The position numbers were made by a program, and so were the translations under genes. Shown in pieces: positions 48,421 through 63,665 of a stretch of 64,000 nucleotides of DNA; within the stretch, counting starts at the first letter, position 1; each line of letters begins with the position of its first letter. The notes under the pieces were generated by a model. That model was given only the letters and a program-made list of their open reading frames with translations. It was not told the DNA's origin and made no database searches. The stretch lies in the NCBI RefSeq assembly GCF_009914755.1, contig NC_060930.1; one strand, given 5' to 3'. The stretch comes from the human T2T-CHM13v2.0 reference genome, Homo sapiens.

Positions 48421-49533
48421 CAGTTGACCCTTGAACAACATGGGGGTTAGAGGTACCGACCCCTCAAGAAGTTGAAAATGCACATATAACTTTTGACTTC
48501 GCCAAAACCTAACTAATGTCCCACTGTTGACTTAAAGCTTTACCAGTAACATAAACGGTCCATTAACACATATTTTGTATTTGTATAATTATATACTGTA
48601 TTAAGAATAATTATACAATTATATACTGTATTAAGAATACAGTATATAATTCTGTAATAATACGATCTAGAGGAAAGAAAATGTTACTAAGCAAATCATA
48701 AGGAAGAGAAAATACATTTAGTGTATGGGACTGTATTTATGGATATAGTGAGTTTATGCCATCTGTTCACAAGATGGATCGTCTGTCTGAAAAGGGGGGC
48801 ACTCACAGCTGCAGACCTCAACCTGGGGTACGTATCATGCAATTCAACTTTTGTTTTTTTTGGTCATGTGATGACTTTTCTCTGCCTCTTGGGAGCACTC
48901 ACAGCGTCCCTAGTGGCACGGGACTTCTTAGTGGTTCTATGGTGTTATTCAAGGTTTATGGAACTGCACTAAACACGGTGAAAAATATGTGAGAACCACA
49001 AGATACCATTTTTTACTGCTATTCCCAATTCCCTGGAGAGACAGACTCCTCACATGGAGACGAGGAGTGTCACAGGACGTTTAAAGCGGATCCTTCCAAC
49101 ACCTGAGCTTACTACAGCAGCAATGGAAGGCTGCTGTGAAATTCTTACGGTAGTGCCATATTCGCCACAGTTAATTTGCTGCAGCTATGATTTAATGCTG
49201 AATCTATGTTTGTTTACATTTATCTCAACTGCAAATGGCGCCACGTATGGTCTATGCTTGAGCACATAAATTTTGATACATTTTAAGTTTGTATAATAAA
49301 TCTGTGTATATTTTATAGTAGAAAATGATAAAATAGACTAGCATCTATGTATATTTTATGCATCCTGACATACCATTTTCTTAACTTTTTAAATATTTCT
49401 AGGCTATGTGGTTTGTCTGTGAGTTTCTTCAAATTGTAACAAATCTCTAAAAAATTTTCCAGTATATTTACTGAAAAAAATCTGCATACGTGGATCCTCA
49501 CAATTCAACCCCGTGTTGTTCAAGGGCCAACTG
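48421..49533. mobile_element. Tigger2-family TcMar element (Tigger2b-like) with both TIRs
   Basis: cagttgacccttgaacaaca at 48421 and tgttgttcaagggccaactg ending at 49533, followed by TA. Confidence 0.85.
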
Positions 49534-50941
49534 TATATATTTACATATTCCCCCACCAATATAATGCCAGGAATCCTTCCATTTATACAAATCAGCACTA
49601 TCTAGAATATGTACCTAATTATGTTAAGCAACAAAGTCCTAAGAATAAAATAAAAACAAATAATTCCCTCTCTCAATTCTTATAAAGTGAATACAGCATC
49701 TTTGATGGAATAGGAATATTATTTTTTCTTTCAAATACACCTCTCCCCTTCCTTTTAATCCTCCTGGATCACGATTACCTCCAACACTTAATAGTCACTT
49801 CTATTTTAATCTTATTTTAAATGAAGGGTGCCCTAATGTGCGGACAGCAATGCAGCCATCCGTCATGCTATTTTGAAGCCCTATACAACTTCATCGCCCA
49901 CCACTAGTCTCCCTGGGTTGGTTATAAAAACAAAGGCGGACTTTAGTTTTCCATTAGATTACTTAGCTGTTTTGTCCCAATAAAATGGCTTGTAGTTATT
50001 AGAAAGTAGGGCACATCTGTTCACCTACAATGTGTCTGATAAAAGGAAGAGGAAGCGCTGAGGGAACATAATAGCTTTTCTCATTCAACCATCAGAGCAC
50101 TGGCTGGGGGCACCGGCAGAATGCGCTGCATCAAGTCCAGCCTGAAACAGTGCCGTGCGCGTGAGAAGGAAGAGGGTCGGTGTCTTCCCGCCCGAGGCCG
50201 GACTGCCCCAGTGAAGGATCTTGGACGTTCTAGTGTTGTTTGCCGAAGTCGAGAGGGAGGGACAAGCCTGGGAATCCAGGTTGTCATTCAGCCCACGTGA
50301 ATTGAGCCCCTGCTCTAAGCTGGGCACTGTGTTGGAGACTGCGATAGCTAGAATTGGTCTTAATTTTAGTCCTAATTTTAGGACCGATTCTAGCTGTCAC
50401 TTCCCACAACCTTTGGCAGAGTACCCAGCATATAGCAGGGACTCAAGTTAAAAATGCAGCTGAAAATAAATGCAAACTGAACAATCTTGTCGTTTGATTT
50501 ACTCAGGTAAACTGGTTTCAGTAGAACCTTAAATGTAGTTTACGTTATTCAGGGTAATTATGGTGGCAAAATTAGAAACCTGCAAAAATGCAGAAATAAC
50601 TTAAAGCAAAATATAATGATATTCTAAGAATGTGAGAAGTACTATGATTCCATACTCACTATGAACCTCCATACCTGACCGTCATAGAGGTGAAGAGCTG
50701 GCCCCACTCTCCTCTTAGAAGGACCTGCACTTTAAGTCACGGCCCAGTCACAGTGGGGTGGGGGTGGGGGGCTGCCCGCAGCACGTGGGGAACACTGAGC
50801 TGTTGGTCGGTCATCATCCTGTTGCTAAAGGACTCACCAGAAACTCAATGAAGAAGAAAAACTCCATCCCCATCTCCAAAATATCAACCTCCTGGCCTTT
50901 ATCTACATGAGACCTGCTCTCACCCACAAGGATGCTGAGGC

Positions 50942-51131
50942 TGGGCTTCTCAACCTTTCGTTGGGGCAGCAGGTTGTGGGGGCTGTCCTGTGCACACAGG
51001 ATGCTAACCAGCTTCCCTGACCCGTATTCACCAATGCCAGGAGCCCCTGTCCCAGCTGGAAAAACCAGAAAGTCTCCAGACATTGCCAGTGTCCCCTGGG
51101 GGCCACAGTTACCCCAAATGAATATGACTGC
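50942..51131. mobile_element. MER20-like hAT MITE
   Basis: ggggctgtcctgtgca ... gtctccagacattgcca-tgtcccctggggg. Confidence 0.7.
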
Positions 51132-54086
51132 CCTGGGCAGAATCCATCGATTCTGGTCACTCTCCTCATTGCTTACTAAAGATTGCTGCATTTCTCTTTC
51201 TGTCATTACTCGGTGGGGACATTTCTGGGTCATCCCTGCCATTGAATGGGAGGATGCCCTGTCTGGCTGTGACGGGACTGCTTCTGAAGCAGACCCCGTT
51301 TGTATCCATGAGCCAGGGGTAGGTGGGATCGTATACGGCTCAAGCGGCAACTGGGAGTGGTAAAGCCGGATTCTAGTGACAATCTCGGCTGGACATCTGC
51401 TGAGCTGAGATCCAACTCACACATCAGATAATCAGCTGCCACATGCTTAGTTCTGGGTCATGTTAGAAGTCACCGAACTTTGCTGTTTCTTAGTCCATCA
51501 ATAGGTGGGGATGCTGCTTCTCATGAACAAGTCAGCAGATACAGACAAAGGCCAAAAGTATTTCAACTACATTCCACCTGGAAATGCTGAAAACAAAACC
51601 GCACAGTGCTCTGCACTGGGTCAAAGCAGTTTTGGTAACAAGTGGACCCATTCTAAATAACAAGCTCGTTGCACAGAAATGCCAATTCGTCCATCTTGGA
51701 AGGAAATCCAAACAACCGTGTCTACCTGCAGATAATTGAACTTGTTGTCACCGCTCCCTTGACCAGCTGAAACGTGCTTCTGAAGTGGCTCTGGTCACAG
51801 GAGCCTTCTGGACCACGAGCCACATCTCTCTAAAAAGTCCCGGGCCGTTCATGGGGCTGCACCTTCCCGTGCTCGGTTAATTTATGCATCTTCCAGACTA
51901 CACATTATTACCCACTGTAGTCTCAGAAGGGACAAGGGAAATCCCTGCCATGTCTGCTGGCCAACTTTGTCCAGGGAACTTCAGGGTTTGTGAAAGAGAA
52001 ACAGGAAGACCGGGCTCTTTCTTCTACCATCGGCCAGAGCCACAGTGCCTGGCTTCTCTCCCCGAGAGCTGTTGCTGAAATTCCACAGAGTTTGACCTCA
52101 ACAAGATCTTTGAGGACTGACGGACTGAGTTTAAGCTGTGTAACAAAGCTGAATTCAGACAGTGTCCATATAAGAGCTGGATATGGGAATATTAGGAGAA
52201 AACACACCATCGCCTCGTCACTGGGGGATTTACTTGCAGAGGCACAAAATGGGGGCTGATCCGCAGGCTGTTTCTGGAAGGGCACCGCGGCTGCTGGGCT
52301 GACCAAACCGTAGGCTTGTTTCTTTGAGCTCACTGGGAAGCAGTGATTGTTTCTGGGATTGCTGTCTGTCACCTGGTAAATAATCTAAAGAAATCCTGTG
52401 AGCAATGACTCAGGCAGAAAAAAATTCCAAGGAGCCTATGTAGGCTTACGAAGCACATGTGAAATACGTTTCAAAGTACAAGTGAAATTCTCTTGTCTAA
52501 GGCAGAATACAGGTCTGCTCTTCACCACTGGAACATCTGGACACAGGAACGGCACCTGGGTATGCAGATGGTAGGCGCCCATCTAAGTGCTCCTTTAAAA
52601 AACTCTCCCAATGGGATGGAGGAGCAGGACAAACCAATCTCAACAATCCAAATCCTAGAAACGCATGAAGCCTACGCGCCCCAGGCTGCAGAGGCAACCA
52701 CTTCATAACAAAACTTGGTTTTCTCCTGCCCTTCACACCACGGGTGGACATTCTACCATGACAGTAACCCTCGCTGCAGTCTCCACCCAATTACAGTTCC
52801 AGGAACTGTAAATCATGATCTATTTCCTTCCATTCACCCTTCCTGGATGTGTTCAAGACTCTGGGCAGACTAAACACAGAGATGGTATCAGAGCAAATCA
52901 CAAATTGATTATTTCTCCATATTTAAACTTTCTTTTTTTGTTTGAGAAATTCAAGATAAATTTGTCAATAATCCATAAATTCTTGACCCAAACAAAATCA
53001 AGGGACCTGAGATTTTTTTTCGGCTGGCGTCTTCTATGACAGCAAAGCGTTTTCCCAGTGCAAGAAACACGGTAGACGTTCCCAGTGAATATGCTTGAGG
53101 ATCCCAGGCCATGCTTGAGGATCTACCCTTTTGAAATACCTGTTTTCACAAAATGTCAGTGGAGCTCTGGGCAAATGAGGATGGAACTGGGTCATCTCAA
53201 CATTGTCATTGTTTTGAACAATCTCTTCAGAGTGTAGGAGAATCACAGTTGATGAAAATTACTCTTTTTACACGACTTGCTGGCTGGGCAGATGTTCTTT
53301 GAAGGGCAAGCGTAGCACCGTGTGCTACAGATGTGTCTGGGAATAAGCCGGGAGGGTCCTGGTCATGATGGCAACACAGGCTGGGACCTCGCTCTGCGAC
53401 AGCCTGGGGTTTGGCTCCACTGGAAAGGGGCAGAGTTTCAAGTGTCTCTTGCTGTCTTTTGGAGAGGATGTACAATGTATCTTTTTTTAACATAAATTTC
53501 ATTCTGATTTTAGCAGGAAGCTTTACCTTTAATCCACATTTTACTAACCAAAAATCTCCAGAAACTGGTATTCTGGATTCCCAGATCAAATATTTAAGCA
53601 GCAACAATTACAGAAGCTAAAGTTACTATGTAGAGATTGCCAAATTGGGTTACAAAGAATTGTTTCTCTATACTGTTCTTGACGGTTGGGAGTAAAACCA
53701 TTAGCTCTCTGCCAAAGTTTGTTGTAAGTAATACAAGCTTATTTATTTCTTTGAGTATTTTCTTCCTCCCTTTTTTCTTTCCTTCCTTTCCTTGCCAAAT
53801 TCTATACCTGTCCCCCAACTCTGTTTTCTCAAAATACTGGGGGCCCAAAACTTTTGCTCTTGGTGTATGTCATACACCAAGCTACGAAAGGTGCTCAGTC
53901 CCTGCGTGGTACATATGACTGAAAATATTCATGATTTGCAAAACTACCTTTTAATGGGTGACCTCATATCAAAGCAAACTGAACTCCATCATATCAGAGC
54001 TTGGAAAATGGCAAATGGAGAGAATGTTCACTCAGGCTCAGGTGTCCCTGCTGGAGTCACTGCACAGCTGAGCACGTGAGCACATA

Positions 54087-54230
54087 TGCTGTGCTCCTAT
54101 GCTCCGTGCTCCCATGTGCTGTACATGCTCCCACACGCTGCACTCACACAGGGCCCTGCTATGCTCCTATGCTCCATGCTCCCACATACCACACGTGCTC
54201 CCACGCGCTGCACTCACACAGGGCCCTGCT
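54087..54230. repeat. 70-bp tandem duplication next to a splice donor
   Basis: Units start at 54087 and 54157 (…gctgcactcacacagggccctgct). Confidence 0.85.
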
Positions 54231-54251
54231 CACTCAGCAGGCCTGCCTTAC

Positions 54252-54377
54252 CTTCACGGCATACTCGGTGTCTGTGGCTTTATGCACACATCGCTTGCAC
54301 ACTGAGTAGGAGCCCACCCCGATGTCCTCCTTGATCTCGTAGCCATCGGTGAAGTGGATGTTGTTCCCGTGTAACTG
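54252..54377 (-). CDS. RPS6KA2: RPS6KA2 exon: [42 protein letters not shown] (start of C-terminal kinase domain, Gly-loop, catalytic Lys)
   Basis: Within ORF 54234..54446(-); acceptor ctgcag|CAG, donor AAG|gtaagg; 126 nt = 42 codons. Confidence 0.97.
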
Positions 54378-55274
54378 CTGCAGAGGGACCAAGAGAAGAA
54401 GAGTTGTCGGAACCCTCACACGAGGGGACGGTGCAGCTACACGCACACAGAATGTGGGGCGAAGAGAGGCACCGACTGTGAACTGAGTGTGTGGAGGCCT
54501 GGGAGCTCATGGGTCCCCCTGCCCAAGGCTGCAGAGCTACTTAGTGATGTTCTTGACCTAAATGCCAGCTTCTCTGATTCCTTGGGCTATGACTCTTAAC
54601 TTTGAGACACCAGGCCGTTCTGTGTCCACTGGCTGGTATGTTTCTCGCAAAGATCTGAGAGCAGGAGAATGTGAAAGTGAAAAGGAAGTGCTGGCAGCTG
54701 CTGGGTGCGTGGCTCCAATGCCTGTGTGCAGAGCAAGACTCTGGATGGAAACATCTCATCGGAAATCTGACTCCATGGTGTCCAAGTCACAGCCTGCTCT
54801 GACCTGCATGCAGCAGCCCCACCCACCCGCTCTTAACTAAGACAGAAAGCCACCATGGCAGCCTGCACTGTCATGACAACGTCTACTTTACACACCTGTA
54901 TTTCTCCAAAGGCCAGGGAAGGAAATAGGATGGAAATCCAATGCCATTCAACTTACCCGGATTTCATTCTTAAATAAGTTTAATCATAATTAGAATTAAG
55001 TTTAACCCCTTAGAATTCTCTGTATTCTGGTTACATTTATTAGGTGGGAAACTCATTATGAAAATACCACCTTCCAAAGACCTCCCAAAGATTCCATTTC
55101 ATCATGGGAAAATGATGCCCACAAATTAAACTGCTACCCTAGGGTCCTGGCTGGGCTCCACACAGTGAAGATGCTCCAGTCTCTGGCCATAGACACCATG
55201 GTGACATTCTTCCCAGGGCTTTACCTTCCCTCTTTAAGACGAATGCCAAGTAGGGTAGGAGCAAGGGCTCAGAA

Positions 55275-56470
55275 CACCATGGAATACCACCACGGAGACC
55301 ATTACAGGGACCACCATGGGAGCCACCACGGGGACCACCATGGGAACCACCACAGGGACCACCACGGGACAACCACGAGGACCACCATGGGAACCACCAC
55401 GCGGACCACCATGGGACAACCACGAGGACCACCATGGGAACCACCATGACAGACTACCACAGGGACCACCACAGGAACCACTACAGGGACCACCATGGAG
55501 ACCACCACAGGGACCGCCATGGGAACCACCATGGATGTCACCTAAGGGACCACCACAGGAGCCACCATGGGAACCACCACAGGGACCACCGTAGGAGACC
55601 ATCATGGGTACCACCGGGGAACCACCATGGGGACCAACATGGAGACCAACACAGGGACCACCATGGGAACCACCACAGGGACCACCAGGGAGACCACCAT
55701 GGGGACCACCACAACAGGGATCACCATGGGAGGCTACCCTAGGGACCACCACAGGAACCACCACGGGAACCACCACAGGGACCACCATAGGAGACCATCA
55801 CGGGTACCACCAGGGAACCACCACGGGGACCACCATAGGGACCACCAGGGGGACCACCACAGGGACCACCATGGGAGGCCACCCTAGGCACCAGCATGGG
55901 GACCACGACAGGGACCACCACAGGAGATCACCACAGGGACCACCACAGGGACCACCATGGGGACCACCACAGGAACCACCATGAGGACCACCATGGCTAC
56001 CACCCCAGGGACCACCCTGGGAGACCACCATGGGGACCACCAGAGGGACCACCCCAGGGAACACCATGGGGACCACCACAGGGGACCACCCAAGGGACCA
56101 CCATGAGGACCAACACAGGAGGCCACCATGGGGAATATCCATGGGAGACCACCACAGGGACCACCCCAGGGACCACCCTGGGAGACCACCATGGGGACCA
56201 CCACAGGGACCACCACAGGGACCACCACAAGGGACCACCCCAGGGAACACCATGGGGACCACCACAGGACACCACCATGGGGACCACCACAGGGACCACC
56301 ACAGGAGGCCACCATGGGAGTATCCATGGGGACCGTCACAGGGACCACCACTGGAGACCACCATGGGGGCCCACAATGTGAGACCATCACAGGAACCACA
56401 TGAAGGAGCACCACGTGAGATCATCATGGGGACCGCCATGGGGGATAACCACGAGGGACCACCATGGCAG
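55275..56470. repeat. ~1.2-kb minisatellite of 12-13-bp units GGGACCACCA(CA/TG)
   Basis: Direct inspection; repetitive ORFs in all six frames. Confidence 0.95.
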
Positions 56471-56630
56471 ACACTCAGAACAATGGGAAGTGTGAGGGAA
56501 GAATTGGTGATTAAAGTCCACCCATCCTAAGCACCCAACCCCCGGGTGACTGAGGCCACAGGGAACACCAGAGTCACCCATCATCCAAGTGCCCTCTTAC
56601 CCCCAACCCACTGCAGGCAAACACAGTTAC

Positions 56631-56761
56631 CTGCACGATTGGGTGAACTGGGACTTTGTGCAGATCTTGCTGTGAGGGCTCCTGGATCAGGCTTGAGGCC
56701 ACAAAGCTGAATCCTCTAAACAGGTGATGAGCGTTTGCACTCGGGGGGACGCCAGGAGAGT
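56631..56761 (-). CDS. RPS6KA2: RPS6KA2 (RSK3) coding exon, linker: (D)[43 protein letters not shown]
   Basis: Manual translation; acceptor cctacag|AC, donor CAG|gtaact; 131 nt, phase 1 to 0; contains the SP site and FRGFSF hydrophobic motif (S360/S377 in 733-aa numbering). Not recovered in the correct frame by the ORF track. Upstream exons lie beyond 64000. Confidence 0.96.
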
Positions 56762-56825
56762 CTGTAGGTGACAGGGGCAGAGTTCAGATGCCACGAAAGC
56801 TGGGTGACCCTGGGGTGAAGTGATA

Positions 56826-56887
56826 GTGTGTGTGTGCATGTGGTATGTGTGTGCAAGTCCGTGTGTGTGTGTGTGTGTGTGTGTGTG
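56826..56887. repeat. (TG)n microsatellite
   Basis: Direct inspection. Confidence 0.9.
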
Positions 56888-57849
56888 CACGTGGCGTATG
56901 CCTGTGGTGGAGGAAAAGGTAAAACAGACATGTAGAAATGCTGAACCAGATGAAACTACATTCTTTTGGCTTGTGCTAATGGTTTGATTTTTAAATGGCA
57001 AAAATACCCAGAACAAAAACTTCAGGATTATCATTGATGGCATCTGTTAGTTTGCCAACTTCTGAATTTACTCTATATTCTTGACCACACTCCTCCACCC
57101 CTACCCACTCCAGACTCAGTTAAGAAGGCACCAATGACCTCAGGATGGAATTGTCAGTGAACATGAATCCTGTATCCTTAGCTTCTGGTCTCTAGGTTCG
57201 ACAGGTCCCACCCCTGTGCCCACAGCTGCATAACTGCATGTGTGCTGTGCACGTGCTCTGCTCTCCAAGGACATTTGGGCAACGTTTCTCCTGTCCACAG
57301 CAAGGCATAGTACGAAAGGAGTAATTCCCTTCCATTAAGATTTTTCTGATCTCTGTAAGATCTGTGTTCAAAAGCATGACTGCTGTGAGATTGATCCCAT
57401 TTCAAGTTTATCATTAAGAAAAACAAAAGGATAAATCCCTCGTGGGGAAAAAAAATCTGCATCATACATAACAGATGAGAGGTTAAACTCTCTATTGCCC
57501 GAAAGCTCCCAGAGATCAATGAGAAAAGAGCAAAATACTCAAAGGAAGGAATTCTGATAGCTACCATAGGCATGAAAAGATGCCCAATCTCTCTAAGGAG
57601 TAAGCATACACATATTTAAATAGGACAACACTTTTGTCTAATGAACTAACAAAAATGAAAGAAATCAATCACATCTGGGTTTGGCTGGGGGTGGACACTT
57701 ATAATTGTAGGAGGGAGCATAACTGGCATAATCTTCTGGAAAGTCAACTGGCAACATTTAAAGCCAACTTTAAAATTTCAAAATTAAAAATTTTGAAAGT
57801 AATTCTACAGAATTACTTTCAAAAGTGCACAGTAATAACAAATTGTAGA

Positions 57850-60114
<2,265 letters not shown>

Positions 60115-63100
60115 TTACAGAAAAGAAAAAGGAGACACTAAATACTCCTCACTAAGACAATCATGGTCATGGTCAACAGTGGCCCATCTGTATCAGGATG
60201 CTTTGTAATGATTGCAGTGTGAGTCCTGCCAGCGAGACCAGGGCCATCAGAAGGAGCCACAGTTGCATGGACTGACAGAGACGTGGCTTCCTAATCGTTT
60301 GTCAAATCAAAAAAGCAAAAAGCTGTTGAACAATATGAAGAACCCAGACATTACTTAAAAAATTAAATATATTTTAATATATTTAAAAACAGAATAGGAT
60401 AATAGATTAATATATTAAAATAGAATATATATTACACTAAAATAGAATACTATAATACATTATATAATATGTAAATTTATAATATATGAAAATATAATAC
60501 GTAATTTTTCCTGAAAACACACATATGTACAAATTTAAACATTCTTATTTATATATCTTTTAAGACTCCCTGTATGTATAGTTGTGTGCATATTTGTATA
60601 TTCGAGAATTCTCTACCCGCAGGCCTTTGTCTCTCAGCACTTCTTCCCCCCCTCGTCTGTTTAGGTGCTGTACTTTGAAAGGAAGAAAGTGCACCTAGTT
60701 CTCAGTTTTATCTCCACACGGTGCGGCAGGTGTGTGGGGGTGGGAGGCAGCTGCAGAGAACACGTGTTTTGTTTCTTAGCATCATATTTTGGGGACAACG
60801 GTTATGAGGGCAGCCGCTCCGAAGCCCAGGAGCCGGGCCCCACGCCGCGTGGGCCTCTGGTGCAAGCGGGGGCCAGGCCGTGGGCAGATGGACGATGCAG
60901 CGTCCCACTGGTGCTCTTCCTGGGGTAGGAAGCGTCATGGACCCGGGCTCATCTTCAGTGTCCTGAACCAAGAGGCAGCTAGAGCCAGGTGTCGGCCCTC
61001 AAAGGGGCCAAAAAAGGGGCCTTCACAGTCACCCCAGGTAGATGCCCACGCGACCCCTGGACTAATGTGACCAGAGTCGGCTGTGTTTGGAAATAAACTT
61101 CCAACGCTCCAGACTAGCGAAGCGTCGTTAAAAAACCGAAGGTACCCTGAGTGGTTTTTAGAAACTGAAATTCTGCAGCGCGACCCGGCAGAGAAGCTCG
61201 GGGCTTTCTGAGCGGCTCTGCTTCGCGGCACACGGAGCCGCTCGAGGAGGAGGCGCTCCTGCTACACCCGGTTTGCTCTCTGCACAAAGTCTGGCTTTGA
61301 GGTCTGCCTCCTCCCAAAGATCCCCTGAGCTACCACGGGCCGCAGATTCTCCCCCGGAAAAATGAAACACACATGGCTACATCATGGTTTAAGAAATCTT
61401 CAAACCTGGAGGCACTTTGATGTCTTCCCTTAGGGATTTAGACTCAGAGCTTGAGCTTATTCTGGGGAATCCGCAGAGCCACACGAGTGTGAAGTGCTGA
61501 GCAAGGATTGGGAGTCCAATTTACAGCCTGTGGAGGAGTGTGTGCGGGGGTGGGGGCACAGGCCATGTTAACTTGACAGACACAGTTTCATTGGTGAATG
61601 GAAAATCTGTAATTCCAATAAGCAATGTCTTCTAACCAACCAAGAGGCACGGAAGACACAGCCACAACCTTCCGTGGCCAGAGAACCCATGCCTCTCCTC
61701 ACACAGACCAAGGAGAGCCTGCGGAAAGGGTAAAAGTAACAGCAATTTACCGAAGGCCAAGTGGATCTTCACCAAAAGTTAAGAGGCTGACATTTGGTCG
61801 GTGTGGCTAGCTAGTAAGGAAATGACAGGTGGCCTAAATAGAATTTAAAGCACTTTATAATCACCTGAGGGATGCCAATTTTCAGCACAGTATTTAAGAA
61901 GAGCAAAATTGTGAGTCAGATAAAAGGAGATGTAGAACTACAGTAATTACAAACAACCTCTCATGGTCCTGTGGGTATTTCCTGATTTGTGGAGTCTGCC
62001 TGATCGGTTTAAAATCTTAGATTGGCATCTCGGGCTAAGCAGCATGCTCTAGGGGGCAGCCAAGGTGTGATCAGGGAATAGAAACCAGCTTGAGCGCTGG
62101 CTGAAGTTTCAGAAAAGACTGAAAGCCTAACTGTAAGAAATTCCCACTGTGAGTCCAGGATCTAACATAGAGGATTTGTAGCTTATCCATTGCTTCAGAG
62201 TCACATTTCTACAGCTGCTCATTCACCCAGCCATGTGCTCAGCTCACATGCTTAGAAAATCCTACTCTCCTGTACAAATCAGAATGAGTTTAATGTGTCT
62301 TTAGCACTTCAATTACTACCTACCTCAAAGGCAAACAGTGGTGTGATAAATTAACTGAAACTGATTGGAGAACTGGAAACACTAAGGAATAAAAAAGGCA
62401 ATTCTGAATAGCACTGGAGTGCATTGTGTCTAATTATGTTTTCCTTAGGCTATTATTAAAATACAATGGAATTCTCTAGAAGCTCAAAAAAAGCTTCCGG
62501 TTCCACTGGCCAACTAGGTTGGGGTTTAAATTCTTCACAGATAAGATAAAAGGCATGTCCATATGAATATTAGAGTTGACTGTATTAACATTTTCTTACC
62601 AAGCAGCACAAACATAGACTTTCTTTCCACATTTTAAACACACAGCCCCACATGTTGGCACCTCACGAGGATGTGTGCACGTTCTGTTAGGGACCTTATG
62701 GTCCTTGTGGACTTAGGGACAACGATCTCGTGGTCAGACCTAATTGCCTCTGAGCTCCTTTTACATTCAGGCCAACAATAGGTGGAGAAATATCATGACT
62801 TGCTTGGGTGACCTGTGGGCAGGGGCAGGAGGGAATCCCCAAATCCTGCCCCATCTTTTCAAACTCAGAAACTGAAAAGTAATCCTGTTCTGTGAATTGG
62901 GTTAAGTTTGTCAATGGGAAGGACCAACCCCAACACACAAATACTTTCTAAGGAAGCTGAGAATGGGGTGAGGTGAAAATCCCACAGTCACTTACCGGAG
63001 AGAGCAGACCCAGAAGTGTTCTCCAAGGCAGCCTCATTACATCATGAATCAGTGATGAACCAAAGCTATAATGATAGTTTTAATTCTACCTGGGGACTGC

Positions 63101-63582
63101 AGGATGACCCAAAAGAAGTAACTGAGCAGCCGGTGGCATGACTCCCTGGTTTACAGTGCCCGGAATCAGCTTTCTTCCTGTTCTTGGTACCAATGTGGCC
63201 TGGGTCAGGAGCTGGCCTAGGCCCATCAAAAGTCCCGCTAAAAGCCCCGCAACCCTCCCTATCTGCACACGCTCACACCCTCCTCAATGTGTTCATCTGG
63301 GTATATGGGAAACAGGGATTTCACCAACAGCTGAATCTGGAGGAACAAAGTGGATTCTCTAACTTCATCTACCTGACATTTTGTGGTTGACCATATATTT
63401 GTTTCCCGATTATCTTTTAAAAAATAAGAAAATTTCAGATTCAAAAGCAGCGAGAAAAAATACAGTGAATCCCCGTAGATCCAAGATGCAGCCTGGCCAA
63501 CCACCAGCTCCCTGGACTTGTCCCACTTATGTCTACAGAAGGAGCTTGTGGATGGTTTTGTACATAACCAGCATACTGTTAG

Positions 63583-63665
63583 TGTTGTGGACTGAATTAT
63601 GTCCTTCCCAAATTCAAATGTTAAGGCCCTACCCCCAAGTGTAACTGTATTTGGAGACAGGGCCT
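63583..63665 (+). mobile_element. 5' part of an MLT1-type LTR, interrupted by THE1
   Basis: tgttgtggactgaattatgtcc...ccaaattcaaatgtt...gtatttggagacagggcct. Confidence 0.65.

Noticed and set aside
55139-56530. Many overlapping GPP/HHGD/VVPM ORFs (collagen- or mucin-like)
   Set aside because: Translations of the minisatellite in all frames
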